Assembly (NCBI GenBank): GCA_947447665.1
Contig: CANFJX010000002.1
Location: 209,659 to 273,658 of the forward strand
Length of the DNA: 64,000 nt
Direction: 5' to 3'
DNA from: Bacteriovoracaceae bacterium
Lineage (GTDB): Bacteria; Bdellovibrionota; UBA1018
Shown here piece by piece: positions 36,732-47,420 of this stretch. A program made the translations under genes and the position numbers. The notes under the pieces are model-generated. The model was not told where the DNA came from, searched no databases, and saw only the letters and a list, made by a program, of their open reading frames with translations. Numbering within the stretch: the first letter of the stretch is position 1; every line of letters begins with the position of its first letter.

Positions 36732-38076
36732 TTTCGCCCGGTAGCGCTTGCGAATCGGTGGGCTCGAGGAGCGGGAGACTTAAATTTTCACTTATCGGAG
36801 TTGAATCCGTAGGATTCGCAGACTCGGTGGATTGAGGTAGGATCCGATTCTCCGCACCGTAGGAGATGGCATGCGCCGCCGAATCCTCGACCGCGGTCCG
36901 TCGTTTATCGTATCGAGTAATCATATCGGGGGAAGCCCATCCGGCAAACTCCTGAATCGCACGATCAGGAACCTGATGGTCACGAGCATTGGAGATGGCC
37001 GTAGCCCGACATGAGTGAGGTGATACGCGATTCGCAATGCCAGCCAGCTTTGCATATTTGGTGACGATATAAAAAATCATGGAGGGGTCAATTGACTTCT
37101 TGGTATTCTCGGTCCGATTATTTCGGATTGGCATAAAAAGGGGTTGATCTAAAGCCATGTCACGGCGAGTGATCAAGAATAAATGCTTCAAGGCGTTCCA
37201 AACGGGAGGAATCATCACTATGACTCGCTCTGCGTTTCCCTTCCCTCTGAGACGCAGCACCCTCTGGTTGCGCTCGGTCCCTAAGTGAATTGTCCTCAGT
37301 CCACATGCCTCGGACCGTCTCAATCCGCAGTAAAACAACACCATAAGAACAGCATAATGAAGGGAGCCGACTCGAGTGTGAAGATCTGGCACAGCCAAGA
37401 TCTTTTTGACTTCTTCATCGCTAAATCCAATTGTTGTAGAAAGTCGCTTGGGGTTAAGAAATCGAACTCCGTCTGCAGGACTTCGGGTCAAGAGTCCGTC
37501 TTCGACAAGCCATTTAAAAAAACTTTTGAGGGTTGCCAAATGTCGATCGACCGTCGTGTGTTGGAGGCCCTCGGTCAGTAGAGATTCTTTATAGGCAATT
37601 AAAATCGTGCGATTCAGCTCGGAGGGGCCCAGCTTAAAATTCCTGAAACTCAAAAACATCATGAATCGTTTGAGATCTTTGCCGTAGGCGCGGCGGGTGT
37701 GCTCGGACCTCTGATCAAGTAAGAACCCTTCCATGCTTTGCTTCAGTTGGTCATTCGGCCGCATCAGCTCCGAACTGGAGAGGGATCGAAACTCAAAGGA
37801 CGTTTGAATCGACGGCTGAATAGAGGGTTGAATCGTAGGTTGAATCGTAGGTTGTATCGACGCTTGAATTTCTGGCGTGAGCGCAGGCAGTTGTGGCGGT
37901 TGAGGAACCTCTTTTTTCCCACACTTGCGAGAAAGCTTGATGGAAAGTTTAGATTGACTGGATTTTCTAGTAATCGACCTCTGAATTTTTCGTACAGGGG
38001 TCCGGCTCCGAGGGCTCTGGGAGCGCTTTGACTTTTTCTTAGTCCATCCCTGAAGGAGAAAGCGCCCTAATTTCAC
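36691..38076 (-). CDS. Tyrosine recombinase/integrase-family protein with an N-terminal basic plus (IQPx)6 repeat extension and a C-terminal tail
   Basis: Catalytic-domain motifs include LRRSEACGL (Arg I) and HSCRATAISNA (HxxR). The last 4 bp overlap the upstream BtpA-like gene. Confidence 0.75.
   Translation of the reverse strand: MKLGRFLLQGWTKKKSKRSQSPRSRTPVRKIQRSITRKSSQSKLSIKLSRKCGKKEVPQPPQLPALTPEIQASIQPTIQPTIQPSIQPSIQTSFEFRSLSSSELMRPNDQLKQSMEGFLLDQRSEHTRRAYGKDLKRFMMFLSFRNFKLGPSELNRTILIAYKESLLTEGLQHTTVDRHLATLKSFFKWLVEDGLLTRSPADGVRFLNPKRLSTTIGFSDEEVKKILAVPDLHTRVGSLHYAVLMVLFYCGLRRSEACGLRTIHLGTERNQRVLRLRGKGNAERVIVMIPPVWNALKHLFLITRRDMALDQPLFMPIRNNRTENTKKSIDPSMIFYIVTKYAKLAGIANRVSPHSCRATAISNARDHQVPDRAIQEFAGWASPDMITRYDKRRTAVEDSAAHAISYGAENRILPQSTESANPTDSTPISENLSLPLLEPTDSQALPGEISLRELPPEHSPD
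37802..37873 (-). repeat. In-frame 12-bp tandem repeat of about 6 units (plus strand ggttgaatcgta and variants) encoding IQPT/IQPS reiterations in the recombinase N-terminus
   Basis: Direct reading: ggctgaatagag ggttgaatcgta ggttgaatcgta ggttgtatcgac gcttgaatttct. Confidence 0.6.
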
Positions 38077-38909
38077 CTTCGCTTTTTACCCTTTTTCACG
38101 GGCTTTTTGGAGGCGGCGTCGAAAGCTCGAATAAAATCTCGTGTCCTTTTCAGGTCAAGGTCTGCGCCGGCCACTCCCCCAGTCCTCAGGTCGGAGCCGA
38201 CAATCACACCTTCTACATAGGGTCGAAGTTCCTGGATGCTCTCCCGAGTGACGCCGCTACCCAAGTAGAGGGGGATTTTGAGATGGCGTGCCGTGCGCGA
38301 AGCCACCTCGAGGGCAGCACGATCGACGAGTCGTCCAGTCGTTCGCCCTGTAATAATCACCCCATCAGCCAGGGATCTGGCTCCGACTTCCTCTAGAGCA
38401 ATTCCTAAATCTAAACTGGAAAAAGTCACTGCATGCTTCACATGCACATCAGCCAAAATAGCAACAGATGAGTGGATTCGATCACGTTCTCTTGCTAGAA
38501 ACGCAGCATCCCCTTCAATCCAGCCCTGATCAGTCGCGGCAACTCCGGATAGGACATTTACTCGGATAAAATCGCACCCAGTCACTGCCGCAATGGCTAG
38601 AGCTGATCTTGCGTCATTACGAAGAACGTTAATTCCGATCTGAACTTCTACCGTCTCTCGAACAGCTGCAGCGATGATCGCCATGCTGGCGATCGTTTCT
38701 GGCGGAACTTGAGTCTTATAAAAGGGGGTGTCGCCAAAATTCTCCAAAATAATACCATCATAACCGGCCTTAGCGAAAAGCTGAGCCTCGCGCACTGCTC
38801 TGAGCCCAGCATTTTGTAGTGCTTCAGCAGGTTGCTGTTGAAAGGCGCCCGGCGAACCAGGAAGGGGTGGAAGATGGACCACTCCAATGAGACGGGGTAA
38901 TTTCATCAA
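38073..38909 (-). CDS. BtpA/SgcQ-family TIM-barrel protein
   Basis: N-terminus [19 protein letters not shown] is typical of BtpA/SgcQ. 278 aa. Translationally coupled (4-bp overlap) to both neighbours. Confidence 0.65.
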   Translation of the reverse strand: MMKLPRLIGVVHLPPLPGSPGAFQQQPAEALQNAGLRAVREAQLFAKAGYDGIILENFGDTPFYKTQVPPETIASMAIIAAAVRETVEVQIGINVLRNDARSALAIAAVTGCDFIRVNVLSGVAATDQGWIEGDAAFLARERDRIHSSVAILADVHVKHAVTFSSLDLGIALEEVGARSLADGVIITGRTTGRLVDRAALEVASRTARHLKIPLYLGSGVTRESIQELRPYVEGVIVGSDLRTGGVAGADLDLKRTRDFIRAFDAASKKPVKKGKKRR

Positions 38910-39496
38910 GCGGAATCATCCTTTTTGCCAACCATCTTGCCCCAAAATTTGCCCAATTTGGAAGGTTCATGATCAGGGGATTGCGCCTGCTCAGGGATCG
39001 GCACAGATAGAAGCTGATCAGCCTGCTCGGGTGAGAGCTTTCCTTCGGCTACTGCTTTTGCAATAACGTCCTTCGCCTGATCTACGCTCATCTCGGGTGT
39101 GGACGGTGGGACGACTTCTGCCTCGATGGCAGGATTCATTTCTCCGAATTGTCCAGCCAGAGACATCATCAAATTTTGAAAATCTGGAGGGAGTCCCTTT
39201 TCAAACTCGGCTGCCTCAGCGGCCACATCTTTTCCGCTCATTGCTTTTTGCATCAGTGATTGGAGGCGTTGGATTTGGCCTTTGGGGAGTCGCTGCAATG
39301 CTTGCGACATTTGCATCATCATCTGGGGGTCAAAATTTCCCAAAGCGCTCGGATCCATCTGACCCGGGAAATTCTCGGCGGGCGCTTTCGGCTGGGAGAG
39401 TTTTGGAGCAGCGTTGGCTCCGCAACATCGTTTGTACTTTTTTCCACTCTTGCAAGGGCAGGGCTCATTTCGTCCAATCATCGGGGTTTCTGTCAT
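38906..39496 (-). CDS. SEC-C metal-binding motif protein
   Basis: N-terminal [14 protein letters not shown]. Confidence 0.6.
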   Translation of the reverse strand: MTETPMIGRNEPCPCKSGKKYKRCCGANAAPKLSQPKAPAENFPGQMDPSALGNFDPQMMMQMSQALQRLPKGQIQRLQSLMQKAMSGKDVAAEAAEFEKGLPPDFQNLMMSLAGQFGEMNPAIEAEVVPPSTPEMSVDQAKDVIAKAVAEGKLSPEQADQLLSVPIPEQAQSPDHEPSKLGKFWGKMVGKKDDSA

Positions 39497-39572
39497 GATC
39501 TCTTCCTTCTACCCAAGAGTTTTCATTTTGTCACTCTTGACCGATGGAATTTATCCAACTAACCTCTTCTAA

Positions 39573-40880
39573 GTGTGGAATACATCAAAAGCCAAACTAT
39601 CAGCTGTTCTGATCTACCTTTTCTGTCAGATTTTATTTTTATTTAATCTTCAATATCCCAGAGGTCAGAACTTTGATGAGTTCCATTACGTTCCATCAGC
39701 AAAACAATTCCTAGCCTTACAAGCTAATCAGAATTGGGAGCACCCTCCCCTAGGCAAACTGCTGATGGCCGTAGGCATCGGAATTTTCGGAGATGATCAG
39801 ATCGGATGGCGAGTCATGAGCACGCTATTCGGCTCCCTCTCTTGCGTTGGGGTTTACTTTCTCGCCTTGGTGCTTTTCCAAACTCAAGAAGCTGCACTCT
39901 GGACCGTTGGTCTAACGCTGGCCAATCAATTGCTTTACGTTCAATCGCGAATCGGAATGCTCGACACGTTTATGTATGCCTTTTTAATCTGGGCATTGGT
40001 GGCCTTTTGTGCAACTTGGTTGCCCGCCCAAAAGCGATGGAAAAGTTCAACGCTTTTTCGATGGACTGGCGCGCTCTTAGGCTACACCATCGCTTGTAAA
40101 TGGTTTGGAGTGGTTGCCTGGGGTGCGTGCGTGATCCTTTTTGTGGGAATTCGACTGATTCAGCAAACTCATTTTCAGTCCAAATCCCCTACCGAACAGT
40201 CATGGCAGCCCAAGCACCTGTGGCGTGATATTTCTTGGCTAGAGTTTGGACTCTCATTTGGGCTGATTCCTGCTGTTTGTTACTTCTCCACCTTTATCCC
40301 TTATTTGTTCCTTCAGGATGGTCTGACGCATTCTCCCCTGGATTGGTGGGACATGCAGTTTAGAATGTTTGATGGGCAGTTGAGGGTCATCACCCATCAC
40401 CCCTACATGAGTGATTGGACCGGGTGGCCGCTGATGCTACGTCCGATCTGGTATGCTTTTGAAGCCGAATTAGGAGATCCGAATTACGTACGAGGGGTTT
40501 TACTACTTGGCAATCCCATCATCATGTGGATCGGCCTTTTAGCTCTAATTCCCTGCCTAGTGGATGGGATTCGACGGCAAAGTCGTCAGGGCTTCTTAAT
40601 TGTCTTCTTCTACTCAGCATTTTATTTTTGCTGGAGTTTAATTCCCCGAAAAATTTCATTTTACTATTACTACTATCCCGCCGGCATGATGCTCAGCTTT
40701 GCCCTAGCTTATGTCTTTTTCCAGTGGAAGCCATTCAGAGCCCAAAAACTTCAAATCGGTAAATGGATCTTTTTAGGAACAGCATGCATCCTTTTTCTCT
40801 ATTTCTTTCCTGTTTTGGCGGGCTTTAAAATTCCTGCCAACTCTTTCCGACAGTGGATGTGGTTTCAAAGCTGGATCTAA
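39573..40880 (+). CDS. GT-C membrane glycosyltransferase of the PMT/ArnT (GT39/GT83-like) family
   Basis: Polytopic. N-terminal loop FDEFHY...EHPPLGK resembles the PMT_2 catalytic loop. Confidence 0.65.
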   Translation: MWNTSKAKLSAVLIYLFCQILFLFNLQYPRGQNFDEFHYVPSAKQFLALQANQNWEHPPLGKLLMAVGIGIFGDDQIGWRVMSTLFGSLSCVGVYFLALVLFQTQEAALWTVGLTLANQLLYVQSRIGMLDTFMYAFLIWALVAFCATWLPAQKRWKSSTLFRWTGALLGYTIACKWFGVVAWGACVILFVGIRLIQQTHFQSKSPTEQSWQPKHLWRDISWLEFGLSFGLIPAVCYFSTFIPYLFLQDGLTHSPLDWWDMQFRMFDGQLRVITHHPYMSDWTGWPLMLRPIWYAFEAELGDPNYVRGVLLLGNPIIMWIGLLALIPCLVDGIRRQSRQGFLIVFFYSAFYFCWSLIPRKISFYYYYYPAGMMLSFALAYVFFQWKPFRAQKLQIGKWIFLGTACILFLYFFPVLAGFKIPANSFRQWMWFQSWI

Positions 40881-41854
40881 CTCGTTGTTTGTTCTTGAGG
40901 TCGCTTTGCCAGAAGTGTTTCGTAAGACCGAAAGGCGTAGGTCGTTCTGAGTCCGAGTCGGGCCTGCACCTCCTGCTGGGAGAGCCCCTCAGAAAACCAC
41001 TGAATAATTACCGAGTGTCTAAAAGTCCGCGGAGTCAGCTCGGGATGCCCCAGTTTTGAGCCATAGGCTTTCACCAAGAGCTCTACACCACGAGCAGAGA
41101 TGGGTGCGCCCAGCGATCCAAACTTGTTAAAGCCGAGAAAGATCCAAGGGCTTTGCGTAGCGCCTTCACGCATGCGATGAACTTCCTTGAGCAGATCGGC
41201 AGAAACAGGGATATTTCGTGGGGATTTACCCAAAATCTCAACTTGTCCTATCTGTTCTGTTTTTTGAGTCCACTGCTCGTACCGAAAAGCGATGACCTCG
41301 CTCACCTGACAACCCGTCTCCGCGAGTACCCAAAGGAGAACTCGATTCCTCGCTTCAATCAAGGTCACGGCAGGAAGCTTCTTGATCCGATCCAAAAGCT
41401 CACGAGAAGAGACGGTGAATGGAATCCGCTCAATTTTGTGGGGGGCAGGAAGCTGAGTCGCTAAATTGGTGGGCAGCTTGTTTCTCTTAGACAGGTAAGT
41501 CAAGAACTGGGAAACGGTCAGGATTTTTCGTCTGCGAGTATTGGTCTTCAATCCCTTTTTTTGCAAAAACTGGCGATATCGAGTCAAATCATCAGCAGAA
41601 ATCTCAGAAGGTTGAATGAGCTTCCCAGAGTACTCCTCAATCAGGAATTCATGAAAAGCCGCAAGATCCAGGGAATAGTTCTTGATGGTATGGAGGGACT
41701 TTTGGGTCCCCTCCAAATATCCAACAAAACTCCGAATTGCTTGCGGGAAATTGATTTTCTTCTTCTGTATTTTTGTTGGCATTCGTTGACACTCACTCTT
41801 GGGTTGAATCATACTGAGATTGAGATCCTGGGTCAACCAGGTAGGGGAATTCAA
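40877..41854 (-). CDS. XerC/XerD-like tyrosine recombinase
   Basis: SAM-like N-terminal domain. Catalytic region includes ETGCQVSEV, TPRTFRHSVI and LRTTYAFRSYE (Tyr). 325 aa. Confidence 0.75.
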   Translation of the reverse strand: MNSPTWLTQDLNLSMIQPKSECQRMPTKIQKKKINFPQAIRSFVGYLEGTQKSLHTIKNYSLDLAAFHEFLIEEYSGKLIQPSEISADDLTRYRQFLQKKGLKTNTRRRKILTVSQFLTYLSKRNKLPTNLATQLPAPHKIERIPFTVSSRELLDRIKKLPAVTLIEARNRVLLWVLAETGCQVSEVIAFRYEQWTQKTEQIGQVEILGKSPRNIPVSADLLKEVHRMREGATQSPWIFLGFNKFGSLGAPISARGVELLVKAYGSKLGHPELTPRTFRHSVIIQWFSEGLSQQEVQARLGLRTTYAFRSYETLLAKRPQEQTTS

Positions 41855-41879
41855 AAGTTTGAATTAAGGGAGGGGTACT

Positions 41880-43082
41880 GTGAGTTACAAAAAAATTAGT
41901 GTACAAAATCGTTTTTTCACCGCCTATTTCATGGGCCTCCTGCTGTCACAGTGGATTTCGGGCTGTAAGCCTCACGCTCTGAGCTTATCCCAGGGAAATG
42001 TTCGAGAGCCCTCCGCGCAGAATCAAGCTACGATTCGCGTCGGCGAGGTGAGTTCCATGACTGGGTCTGAGGCTACTTTTGGGATTTCGACCCACCGGGG
42101 TATTGAACTCGCATTTGAGGAGATCAACCAATCGGGTGGGGTTTTAGGTAAGAAACTGCAGCTCATGACCCTGGACGATCAAAGTAAGCCCGAGGAAGCT
42201 GCAACCGCAGCTACCAAGTTGATTTCAGAAAATCAGATCGTGGCACTTTTAGGCGAGGTGGCGAGTTCAAGAAGCATCGCTATGGCGCCCATCGCTCAGA
42301 ACTCTAAAACCCCGATGATCTCCCCCTCCTCGACTAATCCAAGAGTCACTGAAATGGGGAACTACATTTTCCGCGTGTGTTTTATCGATCCTTTCCAAGG
42401 CGAGGTGATGGCAAAATTTGCGCTCAATGACTTGAAAGTAAAAAAAGTAGCTGTCTTAAGAGATGTTGATAGCGACTACAGCACCGGCTTGGCAGACTAC
42501 TTCACGACTGCCTTTAAAAAAGGGGGCGGCTCGGTAGTGATCGATGAAAGCTACACCTCATCAGACATGGATTTTAAATCGCAGCTGACCGCTATTCGGG
42601 CTAAGAAGCCTGAGGCGATTTTAGTTCCCGGCTACTACACCTCGGTGGGTCTCATTGCTCGCCAAGCGCGCGAGCTGGGACTTCAAATCCCGCTCCTGGG
42701 AGGGGACGGCTGGGATTCTCCTAAGCTTGTTGAAATTGGTGGAAAAGCCCTGGAAAACTCTTACTTTTCAAGTCATTACTCGACCGAAAATACTTCTCCT
42801 AAAATTCAGACCTTTGTCAGTAAGTTCCGCCAACATTACCAAGCAAATCCGGATGGAATGGCCGCGATGGGTTACGATGCTGCGATGATTCTAGCGGATT
42901 CAATGAAGCGATCGAAAACGCTTTCTAAGCAAGATCTCCGTGAGGCCATAGCTACGACTCAAAACTTCCCTGCAGTTACGGGGAATATTACGCTTAACGA
43001 AAAAAGAAACGCCGTCAAGCCGGCCGTGGTTTTGAAAATCGTAGACGGAGCTTTTCACTATCAAACCACGATTCAACCCTAA
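41880..43082 (+). CDS. livK: Branched-chain amino-acid ABC transporter substrate-binding protein (lipoprotein)
   Basis: Type I periplasmic binding fold. Possible lipobox LLSQWISGC. Confidence 0.8.
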   Translation: MSYKKISVQNRFFTAYFMGLLLSQWISGCKPHALSLSQGNVREPSAQNQATIRVGEVSSMTGSEATFGISTHRGIELAFEEINQSGGVLGKKLQLMTLDDQSKPEEAATAATKLISENQIVALLGEVASSRSIAMAPIAQNSKTPMISPSSTNPRVTEMGNYIFRVCFIDPFQGEVMAKFALNDLKVKKVAVLRDVDSDYSTGLADYFTTAFKKGGGSVVIDESYTSSDMDFKSQLTAIRAKKPEAILVPGYYTSVGLIARQARELGLQIPLLGGDGWDSPKLVEIGGKALENSYFSSHYSTENTSPKIQTFVSKFRQHYQANPDGMAAMGYDAAMILADSMKRSKTLSKQDLREAIATTQNFPAVTGNITLNEKRNAVKPAVVLKIVDGAFHYQTTIQP

Positions 43083-43108
43083 GTTGTTGAAAAAGAGGCG
43101 GAGAATCG

Positions 43109-44011
43109 ATGATTGAATTGGTCCAGCACCTCATCAATGGGCTTTCCATGGGGAGCATTTACGCGCTCATCGCACTCGGGTACACCCTTGTTTTCGGGAT
43201 ACTCCAGCTCATCAACTTTGCTCACGGCGATATCTACATGGTCGGTGCTTTTGCAGGGTTCTACGCGATCCGATTTTTTGGATTTGCGGAGCATCCCTCT
43301 TGGCTGGCGCTGGGAGTAACCCTTCTTTTTGCTATGCTCGGAAGTGGCTGCCTCGGTTGGTGCATCGAACGACTGGCCTACCGCCCACTTCGACGATCGC
43401 CAAGAATCAACGCTCTCATCACAGCGGTCGGGGTCTCATTGCTACTCGAGTTTTCTGGGCAGCTCATCTTTGGGGCCGACCCCAAGTTTTTTCCTCAAAT
43501 CCTTATATTTGACGGTGGATGGTCTTTTGGGGAATTAAAACTCAATCCACTCCAGATTTTGATTTTTCTTATTTCCATTGCCCTCATGCTCGCGCTCGAT
43601 TGGCTGATCTTTAGAACCCGGATGGGACGAGCTATGAGGGCAACGAGCTTTAATCCAGAGTGTGCGGCACTCATGGGTATTCCTACCGACCAGGTAATTT
43701 CACTGACGTTTGTTCTGGGTTCTGCTTTAGCAGGCGCAGCAGGTGTTCTCGTCGGCCTGGCCTACCCCAAGATTGATCCCTTGATGGGTGTCTTACCCGG
43801 GCTTAAGGCTTTTGTTGCTGCGGTACTGGGTGGAATTGGAAACGTGCGAGGAGCAGTCGCCGGAGCTATGATTTTGGGACTTTCCGAGGAATTTCTCGTC
43901 GGATATGGAGCCCCGACTTTTCGAGATGCACTTGCCTTTGGTTTGCTCATCATCATTCTTTTATTCAAACCGACCGGACTCTTTGGGATCAAGCGAGCTG
44001 AGAAAGTATGA
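43109..44011 (+). CDS. livH: Branched-chain amino-acid ABC permease
   Basis: 300 aa. LivH-type membrane permease. Confidence 0.9.
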   Translation: MIELVQHLINGLSMGSIYALIALGYTLVFGILQLINFAHGDIYMVGAFAGFYAIRFFGFAEHPSWLALGVTLLFAMLGSGCLGWCIERLAYRPLRRSPRINALITAVGVSLLLEFSGQLIFGADPKFFPQILIFDGGWSFGELKLNPLQILIFLISIALMLALDWLIFRTRMGRAMRATSFNPECAALMGIPTDQVISLTFVLGSALAGAAGVLVGLAYPKIDPLMGVLPGLKAFVAAVLGGIGNVRGAVAGAMILGLSEEFLVGYGAPTFRDALAFGLLIIILLFKPTGLFGIKRAEKV

Positions 44012-45009
44012 TCGACTCATTGAAACAAGGCAACAAAACCACTTTATTTTGGCTTTTCTCGCTTCTCGCTGTTTGGATGGCCCAGGCGACCTGGATTGAT
44101 CAACTCAATCCTTATTACCTTTCAATTTTGATCTATGCGGGCATTAATATCATCTTGGCCGTTAGCTTAAATCTCGTCAACGGCTTCACGGGGCAGTTCT
44201 CTATGGGACATGCCGGATTTATGTCCGTGGGCGGCTACTTCTCCGCTTTTTTAACCACTACCTACCTCGCTAAAAATCCTGAGCTCATGTCCGAATTTCA
44301 ATCATTTCTAGTTTTTCTAGGCTCCTTGCTCGCGGGTGGAACCATCGCAGCACTCGTTGGCTACGGTGTAGGCCTCCCCTCTCTGCGACTTAAGGGAGAT
44401 TATCTTGCGATTGTCACACTAGGGTTTGGCGAGATTATTCGAGTGGTCGTTCTCAATTTGGACGTAGTCGGAGGAGCGAGGGGATTGCCCAATATTCCAG
44501 GATTTTCTAATTTTGGTTGGGTTTATTCCGGTGTGATGATTTGCATCTTTGTGATTTGGAGAATCATCCACTCATCCTACGGCAGAGGGTTCTTGGCGGT
44601 CAGAGAAGACGAGATCGCTGCTGAAGCTATGGGCATTAATACCACCCAGGTCAAAGTGCGAGCTTTTGTTATCGGTTCTTTTTTTGCCGGTATCGCAGGC
44701 GGGCTTTTCGCTCACACACTTCGCTACCTCAATCCACAGACCTTTGATTTTAATCGGAGCTTTGAGATCATCATTATGGTGGTTTTGGGCGGCATGGGCA
44801 GTATTACGGGTTCCGTAGTTGCGGCCGTCTTTCTAACCACTCTTCGAGAGCTGCTCCGTCCCCTTCAGGAATGGACCCACATTGACTTTAGAATGGTGAT
44901 CTACTCCCTTATGCTCATCTTCACAATGCTCCTGCGGCCCCAGGGATTACTGGGAACTCGTGAGCTATTTCAACGTCGAAAACAGCTCGAGCCGGGAGTC
45001 ACCCCATGA
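44008..45009 (+). CDS. livM: Branched-chain amino-acid ABC permease
   Basis: 333 aa. LivM-type membrane permease. Confidence 0.9.
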   Translation: MIDSLKQGNKTTLFWLFSLLAVWMAQATWIDQLNPYYLSILIYAGINIILAVSLNLVNGFTGQFSMGHAGFMSVGGYFSAFLTTTYLAKNPELMSEFQSFLVFLGSLLAGGTIAALVGYGVGLPSLRLKGDYLAIVTLGFGEIIRVVVLNLDVVGGARGLPNIPGFSNFGWVYSGVMICIFVIWRIIHSSYGRGFLAVREDEIAAEAMGINTTQVKVRAFVIGSFFAGIAGGLFAHTLRYLNPQTFDFNRSFEIIIMVVLGGMGSITGSVVAAVFLTTLRELLRPLQEWTHIDFRMVIYSLMLIFTMLLRPQGLLGTRELFQRRKQLEPGVTP

Positions 45010-45821
45010 CCGCAACTCCTCTATTGGCTCTGAGGACTCAGGGGCTTTCGATACAGTTTGGCGGACTCAAGGCATTGACGGATCTGCATCTGGAAGTTCC
45101 GGTCGGTGGGATTTATGGTGTCATTGGGCCAAATGGAGCTGGAAAAACAACATTTTTTAATCTCCTCACGGGAGTGTATCAGCCGACCTCCGGAACTGTT
45201 GAAGTCTTTGGCGTGAGCATCCTGGGTCGCAAGCCTTTTGAGATTACAAAGTTGGGGATTGCCCGAACTTTTCAAAACATTCGGTTATTTAAGAACCTCA
45301 CGGTTTTAGAAAATATTCTCATTTCTTTAGATTCAAATGAAAAAATGAGTCAGCCGGGCTGGCCAGCCTCTATTTTTCGCTCCAAGAGATTTCACTTTGC
45401 TGAGAAACAGAAACGAGAAAAAGCCCTCGAAATTTTGAGTCACTTTCAGCTCTCTTCCAAGAGTGCAGAGCTTTCGAAGAGCCTTCCGTACGGAGATCAG
45501 CGAAGATTAGAGATTGCACGAGCTATGGGGACGGGAGCGCGTTTGCTCATTTTAGATGAGCCTGCAGCAGGAATGAATCCGGATGAAACCCTCAAACTCA
45601 TGGAAACCCTGAGAATCATCCAGAGGGATCACCAGCTTACCTTGCTCCTCATTGAGCACGATATGCGAATGGTCATGGGTATCTGCGAAAAAATTGTGGT
45701 TTTAGATTATGGCGTTAAAATAGCAGAGGGGTCACCCAATGAAATTCAACGTGACCCCAAAGTCATCGAAGCTTACCTAGGAAAGGCAGCCCCTCTTGAA
45801 TCCAACAGCACCCATTCTTAA
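45006..45821 (+). CDS. livG: Branched-chain amino-acid ABC ATPase
   Basis: Walker A GPNGAGKTT. Signature LSYGDQRRLEIARA. Confidence 0.9.
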   Translation: MTATPLLALRTQGLSIQFGGLKALTDLHLEVPVGGIYGVIGPNGAGKTTFFNLLTGVYQPTSGTVEVFGVSILGRKPFEITKLGIARTFQNIRLFKNLTVLENILISLDSNEKMSQPGWPASIFRSKRFHFAEKQKREKALEILSHFQLSSKSAELSKSLPYGDQRRLEIARAMGTGARLLILDEPAAGMNPDETLKLMETLRIIQRDHQLTLLLIEHDMRMVMGICEKIVVLDYGVKIAEGSPNEIQRDPKVIEAYLGKAAPLESNSTHS

Positions 45822-46524
45822 GGTCGACGGGATCCGAGTTCATTACGGAGTGATTCCTGCCCTCGCCGAAGTATCATTTGAGATCTTACCAGGTCAGATT
45901 GTAGCCCTCATCGGAGCCAATGGAGCTGGAAAGACCACGATTCTTAGATCAATTTCCAATCTGGTTCCGCTCTCCTCAGGGCAAATTCACTTTCTTGGAG
46001 AGCCCATCTCTGGCCTCCCCACTCACCAGATCGCCCGCCGAGGGATTTCTCATGTGCCCGAAGGGCGCGGCATTTTTCTGAACCTCTCTGTGGAAGAAAA
46101 TTTAGATTTAGGAGCTTGGGCCGCGCCCAATGCACGTTCTTATCGAGAGGATTTGGAAACCGTATACGAACTTTTTCCCCGCCTGGCTGAGCGGAGGAAA
46201 CAGAATGCCGGTACCCTTTCTGGTGGTGAGCAGCAAATGTTAGCCTTGGGGCGCGCCTGGATGTCCCAACCTCGCCTTCTACTTTTAGATGAGCCAAGCT
46301 TGGGGCTCGCCCCCCAAATGATCGAGAGAATTTTTGAACTGATCCAAGAACTGAATCGAAGGGGCGTCACCCTTCTTTTAGTTGAACAAAACGCCCTTCA
46401 AGCGCTCCAAATCGCTCACGAGGCCATTGTGCTGGAGACCGGAAAAATAGTAATGAAGGGAGATGCCCGAGCGTTGTCGAAAACTGACGAGGTCAGACGA
46501 GCTTATTTGGGTGGGTACCTTTAG
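45796..46524 (+). CDS. livF: Branched-chain amino-acid ABC ATPase
   Basis: Walker A GANGAGKTT. Signature LSGGEQQMLALGRA. Confidence 0.9.
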   Translation: MNPTAPILKVDGIRVHYGVIPALAEVSFEILPGQIVALIGANGAGKTTILRSISNLVPLSSGQIHFLGEPISGLPTHQIARRGISHVPEGRGIFLNLSVEENLDLGAWAAPNARSYREDLETVYELFPRLAERRKQNAGTLSGGEQQMLALGRAWMSQPRLLLLDEPSLGLAPQMIERIFELIQELNRRGVTLLLVEQNALQALQIAHEAIVLETGKIVMKGDARALSKTDEVRRAYLGGYL

Positions 46525-46592
46525 GTTTTAGTGTTTTAAAGAAGTTGAAGTGCTTAAGGATATGCGTACTTAAAGAAATGGATGGAATAACC

Positions 46593-47396
46593 ATGCTGAT
46601 GAAAACGAACTCGCACAAACGAACAACCCAGTTTCTTCTCCTTTCACTTGTTCTAGGGCGCCTCCACCTGGGTGCTTCGCACGCTTGGGCGGCGCTTCCC
46701 GAGCCCTCCATAAGTCCCTCTCCTTCACCTTCTCCCGTCGCAAAGCGAAAGTCGCTCGTGGTGGATATTGATGCACTCAGGCCTCAATTTGGGATTCAAC
46801 TTTTTACATCTCCCTCCCTGATTGATAACAAGAAAGCACGGCAATTTTTTACGCAGCAAGGGTTCACTGGGGGCACTGACTCAACCGGTAATCCGACTGC
46901 GCCGACTCCATCGATTAGCGCGATCGGCCTCATGTTGGACTACCAGCCTGCGTTTATGCAGTTTTTCGGCGTCCTCGATTTAGGGGCCTCAATTGCCATC
47001 AACCCGATTTTTCCTACTCCGAACACCTACGTCAATTCGATTTTGAGCCTCTATTCTGCTGGACTTCAGGCCCGCTACCAACTTCGATTTTTCCGAGGTC
47101 AGCCATTGGTTCCTATGATCGGTTACTACGCCGATGCTTTTTCATATAGCTTCAGCGGAAGCACTGCTCTCGGGGACTCCATCAATCTCAGCGGCAGGAC
47201 GATGATCCATGGACGGATAGTGGGAGCGTGGCTTTTACTCAACTGGATTGAGCCCACCGTTGCTCGCGAATATTTTATTGATTCGGGTGCGAGTCGGTCT
47301 TATTTAACTTTCGAGGCAAGGGAATTGCTTTCGAATGGGCCGAGCTTCAACGTCAGCGGTTGGTCTTATTTGTTTGGCTTTCGCAGCGAGTTCTAA
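46593..47396 (+). CDS. Putative outer-membrane beta-barrel protein with a C-terminal Phe
   Basis: Internal start MLMKTNSHKRTTQFLLLSLVLGRLHLGASHAWA is a signal peptide. The protein ends in ...FGFRSEF. Confidence 0.5.
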   Translation: MLMKTNSHKRTTQFLLLSLVLGRLHLGASHAWAALPEPSISPSPSPSPVAKRKSLVVDIDALRPQFGIQLFTSPSLIDNKKARQFFTQQGFTGGTDSTGNPTAPTPSISAIGLMLDYQPAFMQFFGVLDLGASIAINPIFPTPNTYVNSILSLYSAGLQARYQLRFFRGQPLVPMIGYYADAFSYSFSGSTALGDSINLSGRTMIHGRIVGAWLLLNWIEPTVAREYFIDSGASRSYLTFEARELLSNGPSFNVSGWSYLFGFRSEF

Positions 47397-47420
47397 TTTT
47401 TTTCGAGGAGTCTCCCTTCT

